A stretch of DNA of 63,288 bases, filler included. It is 5 parts of 5 records of this genome, joined end to end, with 100 filler letters (N's around TTAATTAATTAA, not from the genome) between each part and the next. Parts side by side here need not be neighbours in the genome. Positions count along the whole stretch, not along the records: positions 1 to 29,747 come from SRR31156797_674; 4 more parts are not named here. One strand, written 5' to 3'. Positions 10,746-23,200 of the stretch are shown in pieces. Every line of letters begins with the position of its first letter. Position 1 is the first letter of the stretch. The notes beneath the pieces were generated by a model. The model saw only the letters and a program-made list of their open reading frames with translations. It was not told where the DNA came from and searched no databases. Made by a program: the position numbers and the translations under genes.

Positions 10746-12074
10746 ATGAATATTGCAAAACTGTATAAGATTTTTTTAGATAATCCAATTGTCTCAACAG
10801 ATAGTAGAAATCCTAAACCAGGAAGTATCTTTTTTGCACTAAAAGGGGATCATTTTGATGGAAATCAATATGCTACAGATGCCCTGAAAGTATGTAAGTA
10901 TGCTGTTGTTGACGATCCGGAAGTAGTTAAGGATGATAGGTATCTTTTAGTTAACAATGTTTTGCTTACGCTACAAAATCTTGCCAGATTTCATAGGAAT
11001 CATTTAGATATTCCTATAGTTGCAATAACCGGTACTAATGGCAAAACAACAACAAAGGAGCTAATTTCAGAAGTTCTAAATAAAAAATATAAAACCTTTG
11101 CAACAGAGGGTAATTTTAATAATCATATTGGTGTACCTATATCTTTATTGCAAATAGAAAATGATCACGAACTTGCAATTATTGAAATGGGTGCCTCAAA
11201 GCAAGGTGATATTAAAGAGCTTTGTGAAATAGCTCAGCCTACTCATGGTATTATAACAAATGTGGGCAAAGCTCATTTGGAAGGCTTTGGCTCGTTTGAG
11301 AAAGTAATGAAAACAAAAGGTGAACTTTATGATTTTTTGTATTTAAATAATGGGACAGCTTTTGTAAATTATGATAATGAATACCTGGAGGATATGAATC
11401 CACCACGAAAAACTATTCATTATGGCGTTTCTCGTTTTACACATTGTCAGGGGCAATTAATAAATGAATATCCATTTGTGAAATTCAAATGGATTGCTAC
11501 TGGTGAAATGGTTTATGATGATGGAGAACTGGATTGGTCTTCACCTGAGAATGAGATAGAATTAAAGTTAGTTGGTTCATATAATTATGAAAATGCCTTA
11601 GCAGCTGTATGTATTGGTAACTATTTTGATGTTGATGCTCCTTTAATTAAAGAGGCTTTGGAAAACTATGAACCAAAAAATTTAAGATCTCAATTCAAGA
11701 AAACAGAATCAAATACACTAATAATCGACAGTTATAATGCAAACCCTACTTCAATGCGATTAGCTATTGATGGTTTTGCCATGTATGATTCCAAGGATAA
11801 GGTTTTAATTTTAGGCGATATGTTGGAATTAGGCAGAGTGAGTAGGAGAGAGCATGATGTATTAATTCATCATATTTCTGACTTAAATTTATTTAATGAA
11901 TTATATTTTGTAGGTGAAGAGTTTCAAAGCTTAAAAAGTGATATAACTCCTTATTGGTTTAAAAATGTTGATGAACTGAAAAAATTCCTAATAGAAAATC
12001 CTATCCAAAATAAAGTAATACTGCTCAAAGGTTCAAGAGGTATACAACTTGAAAAAGTTATTGAACAATTGTAG
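10746..12074 (+). CDS. murF: UDP-N-acetylmuramoyl-tripeptide--D-Ala-D-Ala ligase
   Basis: STDSR, ITGTNGKTTTKE, GNFNNHIGVP, DSYNANPTSM, LGDMLELG, LKGSRG. Confidence 0.96.
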   Translation: MNIAKLYKIFLDNPIVSTDSRNPKPGSIFFALKGDHFDGNQYATDALKVCKYAVVDDPEVVKDDRYLLVNNVLLTLQNLARFHRNHLDIPIVAITGTNGKTTTKELISEVLNKKYKTFATEGNFNNHIGVPISLLQIENDHELAIIEMGASKQGDIKELCEIAQPTHGIITNVGKAHLEGFGSFEKVMKTKGELYDFLYLNNGTAFVNYDNEYLEDMNPPRKTIHYGVSRFTHCQGQLINEYPFVKFKWIATGEMVYDDGELDWSSPENEIELKLVGSYNYENALAAVCIGNYFDVDAPLIKEALENYEPKNLRSQFKKTESNTLIIDSYNANPTSMRLAIDGFAMYDSKDKVLILGDMLELGRVSRREHDVLIHHISDLNLFNELYFVGEEFQSLKSDITPYWFKNVDELKKFLIENPIQNKVILLKGSRGIQLEKVIEQL

Positions 12075-12103
12075 TTTTTTCCTTCAAATAAGTTTAAAAT
12101 ATT

Positions 12104-13117
12104 TTAATCATACCAGCATTGTGGACAAGGCATTGGTTTACGCTTTAGCTTCAAATCCTGATTGAAGTTATAGATAAGTACTATTTCATGTGCGCCACCA
12201 CCTCCTGAGCCTAATAATCTGGAAATTGTTAAATCATAGCTATAAGAAAAAGTCATTTTTTCTTGTCTGAATCCGGCAATGAATATTACAGCATCTGAAT
12301 TTGGTAGTTCTTTGAATACCGGTATTCCCCTATACCTGATTCCAAATAATAATGGGTTGATTTCCCAATAAACTCCTGCATCAAGCTGTTTGTAAGTGTC
12401 TTGCCACTTGAAATGAACACTTGGGTAAAGAAACTGTCCTTGTGGAAAAGTGCTACTTATTTTTTTTAAGGCTATTCTTGATCCTGCAAAAAAACTGTAA
12501 TTCCTTCCTAACCTCATTTCATCTCCAAGGAATGACACATTGGGTTTGGTTAAATGTTTAACGGTAGCGCCCATCCAGATGTTTCGATTAAAGAAAATCA
12601 CAGATGAGGCAAAATCTAGTTTCCATACTTTTGTTGATTGAAGGGATTCTACTGTACCTGCACCAGAATTAATTTGATCTGTAAATACAAGTTGCGAGAA
12701 ATCAATATTTCTCTGTAAATAATTCATCATAATGCCTGGACGCATACTCCAATTTCTGTTAAGCTTAATGTGATATGAGTAGGCACCTCCAATATAAGTA
12801 GAACTAAGTTTACCACTCCCTGCCTGTTCACGCATAGCCATCAAGCCAACCCCACTATTTACTCGGCTAAAGAAATGATCTACTGACATCAAATAGCTTT
12901 GAAATCCATTGGAAATAAATGGCCATTGATTGCGGTAATTTAATGTTACTCTGGACCCATCTGTAGCTCCAGCAAGAGATGGAGCTAAATATAATGATGT
13001 AGCATAGAATTGAGAAAATTGCGGATCTTGGGCCTTTGTTGATTTAAAACTAAAAAACAACAACACACAAAATACGAATATTTTGATTCCTATATGTCTA
13101 TCTAAGTAGTGTAACAT
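12104..13117 (-). CDS. PorP/SprF family protein, cognate of the upstream type B CTD substrate
   Basis: AQDPQFSQFY, NYRNQW and YSYDLT...GGAHE motifs. The probable start is the ATG at 13117 (MLHYLD..., then a signal peptide), overlapping the end of the PKD gene, not 13243. Confidence 0.88.
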   Translation of the reverse strand: MLHYLDRHIGIKIFVFCVLLFFSFKSTKAQDPQFSQFYATSLYLAPSLAGATDGSRVTLNYRNQWPFISNGFQSYLMSVDHFFSRVNSGVGLMAMREQAGSGKLSSTYIGGAYSYHIKLNRNWSMRPGIMMNYLQRNIDFSQLVFTDQINSGAGTVESLQSTKVWKLDFASSVIFFNRNIWMGATVKHLTKPNVSFLGDEMRLGRNYSFFAGSRIALKKISSTFPQGQFLYPSVHFKWQDTYKQLDAGVYWEINPLLFGIRYRGIPVFKELPNSDAVIFIAGFRQEKMTFSYSYDLTISRLLGSGGGGAHEIVLIYNFNQDLKLKRKPMPCPQCWYD

Positions 13118-16100
13118 CTCCGGTTTCTTCAAATGTATTTCCATTCTTAAATTTACCTTCAGCCTTCCAAATGTAAACATCCTGAGGGCATATTTTACCA
13201 TTATAATAGCCATCCCAACCTGTGTTAATGTCTGAAGTTTCAAACATTAATTCTCCCCATCTATTATAAATGTATAGTCTGTATTTAGTTACTCCTTCTG
13301 CAATAGGGAAGAAGATATCATTATTTGTACTGTTCGGATTGTAATTTCCTCCAGACGGACCTTCCGGTGATGGTGTGAAAGCGTTAGGGAATATTACTGA
13401 TCCTTTTCCTTCAACTTCAATATAACTTGGTTTGGTTAAACTTGCTACGCATCCAAATTCGCTAGTGGCTGTAAGTGTGACATCATATATGCCTGCTTCT
13501 GTATAATATTGAGTCGGATTCTTTTCATCTGATGTTGAACCATCTCCAAAATCCCAATAATACTCGTATTGATTTACATTTTGGGTTAAATTATAGCATT
13601 GTGCGAAATCACCAGGGATTTGTAGATACCGAGGTTCCATTGTAAAATCAACCTCTGGTACAGGATGTACTCTTACTTTTGCTGTAGCAGTCATAGTTTC
13701 ACCGCCATTCACTCTTGTAACCTCTAATGTAACTGGATAAACTCCAGCTGAGTCATATATGTGAGTGACAACTTGTCCATTGGCCATTGTATCATCTCCG
13801 AAGTACCAATCAAAATAATAATTATCGCCATAATCTGACGATCCAGCTGTGAATAAAACGGTGTGTGGTGCACAACCTGCCGTATCATCAATAGTAATCT
13901 CTGCTTCTACTACAGGAGGCTCAATGGTTATGGTTTCTGTTGCCTGATCTGTACAGTTATAATTCATGTTTGTCACATCCAGGGTTATATTATAATCGTC
14001 CCATGTTTCATATTCATGACTTACTGTGTTAGTTTCACTAGATGTTCCTCCATCTCCAAAATTCCAGTCGTAATTAAAAGGACCACCGTTAGTTAAGTCT
14101 GTAAATGTTACTATACTAGCAGGGAATTGTTGGATTAATGGATCAGCTTCAAATTCAGCATATGGCTGTACATAAACGGTTACATTTCTGATAGCAGAGT
14201 CAATGCAATTGTTTGCACTTGAGGCAACTAGTTTTACAGGGATTGTTTCATTATTAAATCCTGTAATAGCAAATCGATGATCCTCTGGGTTTTCCTGATT
14301 AGAAGTAACACCATCACCAAAATCCCAGAAATAATTATCAGCATTTACTGATGTGTTAACAAAATCTGTAATTAATGGATTACAGCCTTGTGGATCAACA
14401 ATGTTAAAGTTGGCTGTTACCAATGGATATACATTTAGAACTAATGATGTGCTGTCTTTACAATTTCTGGTTGTTTCTGTATATAACTCAAGAGTGAAAG
14501 ATTCATCCTGTGCAGTTGTAGCATTATATGTATAATTTAATGGATTACTAATTGATATTTGACCATCACCGGTTCTCCATTCGTAACTATCATGTCCAAT
14601 TGATGTATTTGAGGCTATTATCTGAAGTGGACTGCAGCTTTCGGTTTCATTAATTGTAAATTGACTCAGAGGGTTATGATTTGCCCTAATAGTAATTATG
14701 GTGTCATCAGTACATTCATAACTATTCGTAGTGAGTAGATTTACATCAAAGGTTCGGTCTACCGTATTACTTGTATTGCGGAAAACATGGGTTGGACTAG
14801 CTTCACTTGAGCTTGTCTCATCATCAAAATCCCAAAAATATGTGCTAGCACCCTGTGAGAGATTGGTAAATGTTGCTGTTACAGGATGACAACCTTCTAG
14901 TGTATTTACCGCAAAACTTGAATTAATTTGTGGATATACTGTAATAAGTTGTTCCATAGAATCCTGACAAACTCCACCAGTATTTGAAACAACAAGTTTT
15001 GCTGTGTAATTGGCTAAACTAGTAAATGAGGTATTCGTATATTCATGGCTAACATTCTGAGGTAGGTTAATTGAGTAATCATCACCATCTCCATAAGTCC
15101 ATTCAAAAGTATTAGCTCCTTTTGATACGTTAATGAATTCTGCAGTAAATGGATTACATCCTGCACTTGGATCAGTGGTAAATTCAGCTTTCAAAGCTCT
15201 TTCTACCGTAATAATTTCCTGGTGTTGAGCTGTACAACCATAATCAGATGTTGTGGTAAGCCATACTTCAAATGAGCTTGTGCCATTGTAGTTGAAATGC
15301 TCAAAAGTATGCGGTGGGTCTTGTTCATCTGATGATGTGTTGTCACCAAAATCCCAATCGAAGTTCACATTAACTGTGTTTCCTCCAGGTTGATATGTGA
15401 AATTAACAGGTAATGGATTACAACCCCTGTCAACATCCATTGTGAAATCAGCAACCACTTCAGGGTATGCAGTGATTTGTTTTGTAATAGAATCTGCACA
15501 ATTACCAGGGCCGGTGTTTGTAACTACTAATTTTACATCCTGTATAAGATTGAAATTAGTGGTATTGGTCATGGTTGTATTTGCAATATTAGTGGAACTA
15601 GTCAGTACATCATCAATATACCATCTCCATGTGGCAATGTCACCTTCTGATGCATCAGCAAAATTAGTAGTGAACGGTGAGCATCCTGCAGCTTGAGGCG
15701 TCGTGAATTCTGCTTTTAATCGCGATGCTACGGTAACCTGACTAAAGGCTGAATCCAAACATCCATATTCGCTTTCAACCACTAATCTGATATCATAAAT
15801 TCGAGTGGTTGCAAGATCATTTACAAAAGTATGTGTTGGGTTCTCTAGATTTGAGTTACTATTATCTCCAAAGTCCCAGAAATAATCATATGTGCTCGGG
15901 GCATGAGAAAAATCAACAGTTAAAGGATTACATCCTTCAGTTATTACATGAGTAAATGAAGGATCAATTTCCGGATATACTGTTATTATTTTTCTAGCTG
16001 TATCGTAACATGTAAAAGTACCGGTGCTTCTGGTGACAAGCATAATTGTATCGTATCTTACTACTCCTGATGTATTGCTTATAATAATCTGAGGGTTGGT

Positions 16101-19100
16101 AAGGTTCGAGAAAGATGTTCCATTTCTGTACCAGGTTCTTGCAGTTACATTACCATCTGAAATATCGGTAAATTGTATCTGGAATGGGCTACATCCGCTA
16201 ACTTTACTTGCCTGCATTCTTGCGTCAAAATATGAACCCACAGTTACACTTGAGTTTAATGAATCCTTGCAATTGTATGGAGATGAGACAATTAGCTTGA
16301 TGTCGTAAATTCTTGGAGCAGTAGTCGTATTGTTAAATGTGTGCATTGGGCTTTTCAATGAAGAAGAATTGTTATCTCCAAAATCCCAATCATAACTCAT
16401 TGTAGGATTATTTATTGAGTTATGTGTAAACTGCACACTAAGCGGATTACAGCCTTGAGTTACATCTTGAGTATAGTTTGCTGAAACAGATGGGTAAATT
16501 GTAATAGTTCTTTGCATACTATCAATACAACTTCCAGCACTATTCGTTCCTATGAGTGTAATTACAGTATCAATTGGTGCATCACCATTATTATAAAATG
16601 TTATGGAACCGGGATTCTGAGCATTTGTAATTAATACATCTTCTTTTCTCCATGTCCATGTGTCAATACCTCCAGTTGAGGTGTTTTGTGGTGTGAGTGT
16701 AAAAGGCGAGCATCCTTGAGCAGTATCAATTGTAAAAGAAATATCGATATATGGCCCAACATCAATAGTAGTTCTTGCCGTATCAGTACATCCTTTGTCG
16801 GTTTGAACTGCTAATTCAACATCAAATGGTGTACTTGTATTATTAAAGTGCTCAAAAATATGTGTTGGTGCAAATTCATTACTTGAAGAATTATCTCCAA
16901 AATCCCAATTTCGAGATACAGGTACTAAGTTACCTGGTGTATGTGTAAAATCAACCATGAGTGGATTACATCCAGCCAATGGATTAGCTGTAAATGTAGC
17001 GTCGGCAATTGGATAAATTTCAATTTGTTGGGTTGCTGTATCCGAGCATGCGGCTGCATTAAATACAACCTGCTGAGCAATGCGGAATACTGAAACTGAT
17101 GTGGCATTTGTATAAGTATGATTTATAGGGCCGGCTCCAACTTCAAGAGGTGAGCCATCGCCCCAATCCCATTCATAAGATGTGACAGGTCCAAGAGATT
17201 GATCTGTTAGAGTTACTTCAAGATCTGCACAACCTTTAATTCTACTACTTGAGAATCCGGCAGAAATTGCTGGATGGACATTGATATCAATATTAGCTGT
17301 ATCAGAACAACCGGCAGCACCTTGTACAATTTGATAAACGGTAAAAATAGAATCAGCGCTACTAAAGTTCTGGAAAATATGGGTAGTGTCTCCTACATTA
17401 TTGTATACTGTTCCATCACTAAAATTCCATTTTCTTGATGTAATTGGTCCAATTGCTGTATCAGTAAATGTTACCATAGCGCTATGACAAATGTCTGTCA
17501 AGTCCTGATCAAATCCTGCTGATACTTCCGGGTAGATAGTTAGATTCACTGTTTCAACATCTGAACAACCATTATTACTAAATACTTCGAGTCTTAGTGT
17601 TAGGTTAATATTCGCTCCTGTTGTATTTTGATATGTATGTGATCCGGGATTTTCAATAAAAGCAGTATCGCCATCTCCCCAAACCCATTGGATACTATCT
17701 ACTGTTGTCATTGAACTCAAATTGGTAACATTAACTTGCAATGGTGCGCAACCAGATGTTTTGTTAATGAAGAAATCTGAAACAACAGGAGGAAAGACTG
17801 TTACTTGTTGATTAGCAGTGTCCTTACAGTTGTATGTTGATGTAGCCACCATTTCAACATCATAAACTTGATTTCCTGTGGTAGAATTCGTGTATGTATT
17901 ATCAGGATTTTCGGTAAATGCCAGATTTCCATCACCAAAGTCCCACTTATAAGTATTTCCTGCTGAAGTGGTTGTATTATTGAATGGGACAAACATCGGA
18001 CTACAACCAGCTGTATCAATTGGATCAAAGTCTGCATTCAAGGCAGGGTATATGATAGCATTCCTGGTAAATGCGTCAGCACATAAATATCTATATGCGG
18101 CAAGCGTAATTTCAACAGTATCAGGATCTATTCCTAGATTCTGATAACTTAATGTTGGTTCAGCATCTGTAGAGTATGGTACTCCATCTAAGAACCATTG
18201 ATAACCGTCGCGTTCACCTATACTATTGTTAATTGTAGCTACTGATAATGAATCACATGTAACAATTGGATCACTTGTGGTATAGTAAGCTTGAATTAGA
18301 CTATCTACATTTACTGTAACTTTTGCCGTATCGGGGTCGATTACACATGGATTGTCAATTTCAACGTAAAATACGTGACTGCCAGGAGGGGGTTTAACCT
18401 TTACCGATTCTGAGGTTAGATCTCCAAACATACAGTTAGTACAGGTTGTTGAACTCCATTGGTAGTTAATTCCACCAGTGGCTCTAATGTAAGTTGAGTC
18501 ACCATAGCAGAGCTCAATTAAGTCAGAGTTTGTCCCGGATGCAACTGCCGATGATGAATTAGTTTTAAAATCAGAGAAATATCCATATTTACAACCGGTT
18601 GACGATGTTCCATTATAGAGACCCATTTGAAATATTGTCTCTGTATTGTATATAGTTGTTACTTCACCATCTGGTACACCCGGAGACTGAGCATCAGGAA
18701 AGTCATTGGCTCCACGATCTAAATAATACCACTCTTCGCCTACTGGGGTGTTGGGTACCTGAGTGAAATCTCCCTGTGGAATTTGATAAACAGAGCCATC
18801 TTCATATTCCATGAAGAAAGCATCTCTGGCATCTCCTTCAACTAATAGATTTATGTAAAATGGCGCGTTTGAAGTTCTTGTAAAACTAACACGAGTTGAT
18901 CCTTTACATCCATCAATTGTAGGAAGCAATGCACCGCCCATTTCACGTTGGAAACCTCCAACATGAAATAAATAAACTCTCTTGTCGCAGGAGATAAAAT
19001 CAGTATCACCAGAAATTATTACAGGCAAAGTTTGTCCTGTATTTATAGTACCAACGTTTACGCCATCAACTTCAACATTTGTTGCTCCATCTGTTGCAAC

Positions 19101-19943
19101 TATAAAATAATGTTCATCAATTGATAATCTGGTTTTAATTACAATAAAGTCAAAACCAATTGTATATTCTCCGCCAGATCCTGGTGTTTGGATTGGGACT
19201 AGTTGGTCTCCAAGTAAATCATAGTGACCAGCACTTGGATCATCAACTGAATCATCTGATAATGTAACTGCTATAAGTTTATTATTAGATGTAACTCTTG
19301 TTCCTCCCAGGTGTTGGTTAAAATCTCTACTAGTCGCCACAACGGAATAGGTTTCACCAGCTTGCATAACAGGCGTTGTAATTACCGAACCTGCCGGTAG
19401 GCCATTAGCTGGAGCCGTAATTTCAAAAGTTATAATAGTTCCATTTTCTGCAGCAACAACATCAATCCGGTTGCGAGCTGCAGGTGTTAATCCGTTATGA
19501 TTATTATATACGTTTTGCACAGGGCAAAAGAATTCATATCCTAATGCATTGTCACCTTTTAAAGAATATATATCTCGATTATTTGAAGGATCGACTTCAT
19601 AATAGGCAGTAATCGGAGCATCTGCACGTATCAGAATTCCTTTATTTTGAACAGATCCTGAAATAACAGATTCAATTAGGTTGATTCTGGGTGTTAGGTT
19701 TTCTAAATGTGTTTCAAAACCCGTTAATGTAACATTGATGGGAACAAATGCTGGTTGTTGGGGCATTGTAATTGTTACATTAGTAGGAGTGGTTGTTTGT
19801 GTAGAGGAAACAACTAAATTAATTGGTCTGTCAGCATGACCCTGAGTTACTTCTGGTGCTACAAACCAAAAAACAGTGTCAACTTGTGCTACTGATAAAA
19901 GTGGAATTAACCACAGGATAAATATAACAATATGTCGTTTCAT
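13098..19943 (-). CDS. Giant T9SS type B CTD surface protein: IgGFc-binding-like N-domain, many PKD repeats, gliding-motility-associated C-terminal domain
   Basis: Signal peptide, DTVFWFVAP / ALGYEF N-domain, repeated WDFGD/WxWGDG PKD motifs, and C-terminal FPNAFTP...IYNRWGE...WDGYYNG...YIW...GDVTLLR. Confidence 0.88.
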   Translation of the reverse strand: MKRHIVIFILWLIPLLSVAQVDTVFWFVAPEVTQGHADRPINLVVSSTQTTTPTNVTITMPQQPAFVPINVTLTGFETHLENLTPRINLIESVISGSVQNKGILIRADAPITAYYEVDPSNNRDIYSLKGDNALGYEFFCPVQNVYNNHNGLTPAARNRIDVVAAENGTIITFEITAPANGLPAGSVITTPVMQAGETYSVVATSRDFNQHLGGTRVTSNNKLIAVTLSDDSVDDPSAGHYDLLGDQLVPIQTPGSGGEYTIGFDFIVIKTRLSIDEHYFIVATDGATNVEVDGVNVGTINTGQTLPVIISGDTDFISCDKRVYLFHVGGFQREMGGALLPTIDGCKGSTRVSFTRTSNAPFYINLLVEGDARDAFFMEYEDGSVYQIPQGDFTQVPNTPVGEEWYYLDRGANDFPDAQSPGVPDGEVTTIYNTETIFQMGLYNGTSSTGCKYGYFSDFKTNSSSAVASGTNSDLIELCYGDSTYIRATGGINYQWSSTTCTNCMFGDLTSESVKVKPPPGSHVFYVEIDNPCVIDPDTAKVTVNVDSLIQAYYTTSDPIVTCDSLSVATINNSIGERDGYQWFLDGVPYSTDAEPTLSYQNLGIDPDTVEITLAAYRYLCADAFTRNAIIYPALNADFDPIDTAGCSPMFVPFNNTTTSAGNTYKWDFGDGNLAFTENPDNTYTNSTTGNQVYDVEMVATSTYNCKDTANQQVTVFPPVVSDFFINKTSGCAPLQVNVTNLSSMTTVDSIQWVWGDGDTAFIENPGSHTYQNTTGANINLTLRLEVFSNNGCSDVETVNLTIYPEVSAGFDQDLTDICHSAMVTFTDTAIGPITSRKWNFSDGTVYNNVGDTTHIFQNFSSADSIFTVYQIVQGAAGCSDTANIDINVHPAISAGFSSSRIKGCADLEVTLTDQSLGPVTSYEWDWGDGSPLEVGAGPINHTYTNATSVSVFRIAQQVVFNAAACSDTATQQIEIYPIADATFTANPLAGCNPLMVDFTHTPGNLVPVSRNWDFGDNSSSNEFAPTHIFEHFNNTSTPFDVELAVQTDKGCTDTARTTIDVGPYIDISFTIDTAQGCSPFTLTPQNTSTGGIDTWTWRKEDVLITNAQNPGSITFYNNGDAPIDTVITLIGTNSAGSCIDSMQRTITIYPSVSANYTQDVTQGCNPLSVQFTHNSINNPTMSYDWDFGDNNSSSLKSPMHTFNNTTTAPRIYDIKLIVSSPYNCKDSLNSSVTVGSYFDARMQASKVSGCSPFQIQFTDISDGNVTARTWYRNGTSFSNLTNPQIIISNTSGVVRYDTIMLVTRSTGTFTCYDTARKIITVYPEIDPSFTHVITEGCNPLTVDFSHAPSTYDYFWDFGDNSNSNLENPTHTFVNDLATTRIYDIRLVVESEYGCLDSAFSQVTVASRLKAEFTTPQAAGCSPFTTNFADASEGDIATWRWYIDDVLTSSTNIANTTMTNTTNFNLIQDVKLVVTNTGPGNCADSITKQITAYPEVVADFTMDVDRGCNPLPVNFTYQPGGNTVNVNFDWDFGDNTSSDEQDPPHTFEHFNYNGTSSFEVWLTTTSDYGCTAQHQEIITVERALKAEFTTDPSAGCNPFTAEFINVSKGANTFEWTYGDGDDYSINLPQNVSHEYTNTSFTSLANYTAKLVVSNTGGVCQDSMEQLITVYPQINSSFAVNTLEGCHPVTATFTNLSQGASTYFWDFDDETSSSEASPTHVFRNTSNTVDRTFDVNLLTTNSYECTDDTIITIRANHNPLSQFTINETESCSPLQIIASNTSIGHDSYEWRTGDGQISISNPLNYTYNATTAQDESFTLELYTETTRNCKDSTSLVLNVYPLVTANFNIVDPQGCNPLITDFVNTSVNADNYFWDFGDGVTSNQENPEDHRFAITGFNNETIPVKLVASSANNCIDSAIRNVTVYVQPYAEFEADPLIQQFPASIVTFTDLTNGGPFNYDWNFGDGGTSSETNTVSHEYETWDDYNITLDVTNMNYNCTDQATETITIEPPVVEAEITIDDTAGCAPHTVLFTAGSSDYGDNYYFDWYFGDDTMANGQVVTHIYDSAGVYPVTLEVTRVNGGETMTATAKVRVHPVPEVDFTMEPRYLQIPGDFAQCYNLTQNVNQYEYYWDFGDGSTSDEKNPTQYYTEAGIYDVTLTATSEFGCVASLTKPSYIEVEGKGSVIFPNAFTPSPEGPSGGNYNPNSTNNDIFFPIAEGVTKYRLYIYNRWGELMFETSDINTGWDGYYNGKICPQDVYIWKAEGKFKNGNTFEETGDVTLLR

Positions 19944-20201
19944 TAGCTTTTTTTTTACCTATACGAAGATACAATAAAAAAGTTAAAAAAAATTAACAAA
20001 TTATTAACTAATCGTGGAATGTTAATTTTTGCGTAAATACTAGTCCCTGTAATGCTAAATAATTCATTATAAATTTATAAAAAAAACTGTACTTATTAAA
20101 GTTTGTTTACTTATTATTGATTAAATTTATATTTGAGTTGATAAAAGTAAACTCCAGAATTTCTTTACCGTATATTAAAAAATAGGGAAAATTTATTAAA
20201 A

Positions 20202-23200
20202 ATGAGAATATTACTACTAATTACTGCAACAATTGTCATGTTTTTGAATCAAATTCATGCACAAACTTATTTCTACGAAGATTTCGAATATGAAGGTGAT
20301 ATGCCTCTTAACTGGACTCAGGAAACAATAAATGAAAACTTTTATTGGCGTGCTTCACCTGGAGGACACACTGTAACTCCTGAAGTTCCAGGCAGTAGAA
20401 GACCACCTGCAGCTTATGAAGGTGAATATAACGCAATGTTTGAAAAATTAACCTTAACAAATGCTGTTACTCGTCTTATTACACCTGAAATTGATTTAAG
20501 TTTTGCCATTAAGGCTCAATTGAAATTTTATCATGCGCAATATGAGCGCTGTTTAATATCAGGTGGTTGTAATAATGACCAATTAAGGGTTTATTTTAAA
20601 TATACTGATGAGCTGGAAAATGAAACATGGGTTCTGTTAAGAACATATACCGATGAAGTTCCCGAATGGACTTTGAGAACCATTAATATTCCGGATTCTG
20701 CGAATCAGGAAGGATTTCAGTTAGCTTTTGAGGGATTAACTGGACCCGGATGGGGAACATGTATTGATAGTGTTGCTATTGAAGAGAATGGTTTGATTTC
20801 AAGATATATAAGTGAGGTTGATGTTGTTCAGCCTTCTGAATCATATGTACCGGCCGGAAGTTTAAATAATCCAATACTTAGAGTTGATATTACTGTAAAA
20901 GGGAACCAAAACGAAATAATTCTTGATTCATTGCAAGTTAATTCTTTAAACGATGAAGGTATTTCTTTAGCTGCAAATGGATTGAAATTGTATGCTACAC
21001 AAGATACAGTTTTTAGAGATCCGGTTCAGATTGGAGTAGATGGAAATTTTGTTAATGATGAATTTTTATTTGTTGGATTAGATCATGAATTGTCTACTGG
21101 TTCTTCCTCAATTTGGGTAACTTATGATTTACCTGAAAGCATTTCATCAGATTTACATGGTTTAAAACTGGATGCATATATTCCTCAAGGAGGTATAAAA
21201 GTTGGCGGTGGTAATTATCCAGCGGTGGATCAATCTCCGGAGGGATTTAGAGAATTGTTTGAATCACTTTTTGTTGATGATTTTGAAACGAATAAAAACT
21301 GGACTTTTATTGGTGAGTTTGAATGGGATGAACCGGAAGGAAGAGGTGGTGTGGATTATGGATTCCCTGATCCTGACTATGCCCATTCTGGGAACAATGT
21401 AATAGGAACTGACCTAACAGGTATGGGTAGTCGTGATGGCGATTATGAAAACAGTTTGGGAAAAGATGCATATCAGGCAATTTCACCTTTAATTAATACA
21501 GAATATTATGCAGAAATGAACCTGCAATTTTATCGTTGGCTTAACATTGAGTTATTTGATACTGCAAGAATCTATTATGCATTAAACGGCAGTGATAACT
21601 GGGTTCAATTGTGGAGTAATCAAGGAGTAATTGTAGAAGACGAATGGAATTCAAATCCTCTAGATTTACCTGAGGTAACAGATTTTGCTTCAAGCATTCG
21701 ATTTAAGTTTACTATTGGGGGAACAGATTTATTCTCTACATATTCGGGATGGAATATTGATGATTTATCTTTAGTTGGTAATTATATAACATATGATTTA
21801 AAACCTGTTGAGTATGTTGGTCCATTATGTAATTGTAGTCACGACGAAAACGAAAATATAACAGTGAAAGTATCCAATCTTGGTGCAAATGATGCTTCAA
21901 ATATTCCTATCGGGTTTTCTTTTGATGACGGGGTTACCTGGACAATGGATACTATTGCTTCAACAATTGCCAGTGGTGATACCATTGAATATACTTTTAA
22001 TAAAGTTGCTGACTTTTCTGAAGGAGGCTGGTATCACATTTGGATAAAAACTTTCTATGACGATGAGGAATTACCTGGAAATGATTTAATGACCAGAGAT
22101 CAGTTTATGCCTTATCAAGTGGAACCACCGTATCAGACTGCATTCAATAGTAATACTGATTATTGGAATACATGGGATGGAACAACTGCATGGGAGTGGG
22201 GAATACCATTTGATGCGGTTATAAATGAGCAGGTTAGTGGAAACAAGGTTTATGCTACAAAGCTTGGAGCAAATTACCAAATTAATCAAAACTCACTGCT
22301 TGAAGGACCATGTTTTGATTTCACATCAATGATTCAACCAATAATTGAATGTAGAGTTTGGGGACAGGTTGCAGATGTGAATGATGGATTGACTTTAATG
22401 TATAGTTCTGACGGTGGAGATACCTGGCAACCCGTTCCAGGAACTACCTATTACGACTGGAACTGGTATGATAATGCTACGCCAAATCCTCCATCTGTTC
22501 CGGGATGGAATTTCTCATCAACAGATTGGGTTGATATGAAAACTGTACTTCCGGCAAGTTTTACTTCATTTGAATATATAAAGATTGGATTTTTATTTAC
22601 TTCAGATGAAATAGATAATGATGAAGGTTTTGCTATTGATGATATTAAAGTATATGAAGCACCATTCAACATTAGTGTTAGCTCACTAGAGTATCCGGAA
22701 ACTAATTGCGAACTGCCAGATACAACACATGTTAAAGTAAGAATTGAAAATACTGGACCGAATACTATTCCTGCCGGATCGCAATTTCCTTTAAAATTAA
22801 AATGGCAAGACAGATTTATTGTTACAGATACATTGACTTTAGCTAGTGATTTAAGTGCGGGTAGTTTTACAAATCTATTATTTAGTGAGACTGTTCCAAT
22901 GGATTCTGCAGGCATGTATAATTTTGAGATTATTAATCTTGGGGAAAGTAAACCTTTGTTTTATGGTCCAAGTGATGATACCTTAATAGCTTCAGTTGAA
23001 GTAAATGGTATGCCTCGGTATAATCCATTTGCACCTATTACCGGAAAATCTGTTGGTTTTGTGTCACTTGATGCAGGAAGTGATTATAGTACTTATGCAT
23101 GGAGTACAGGATATGACCAGCAAGTACTCCAGGCATTTATAGATGGTATATACAAAGTCACTGTAACTAATGCTGTGGGATGTACCGCAACTGATTCAAC

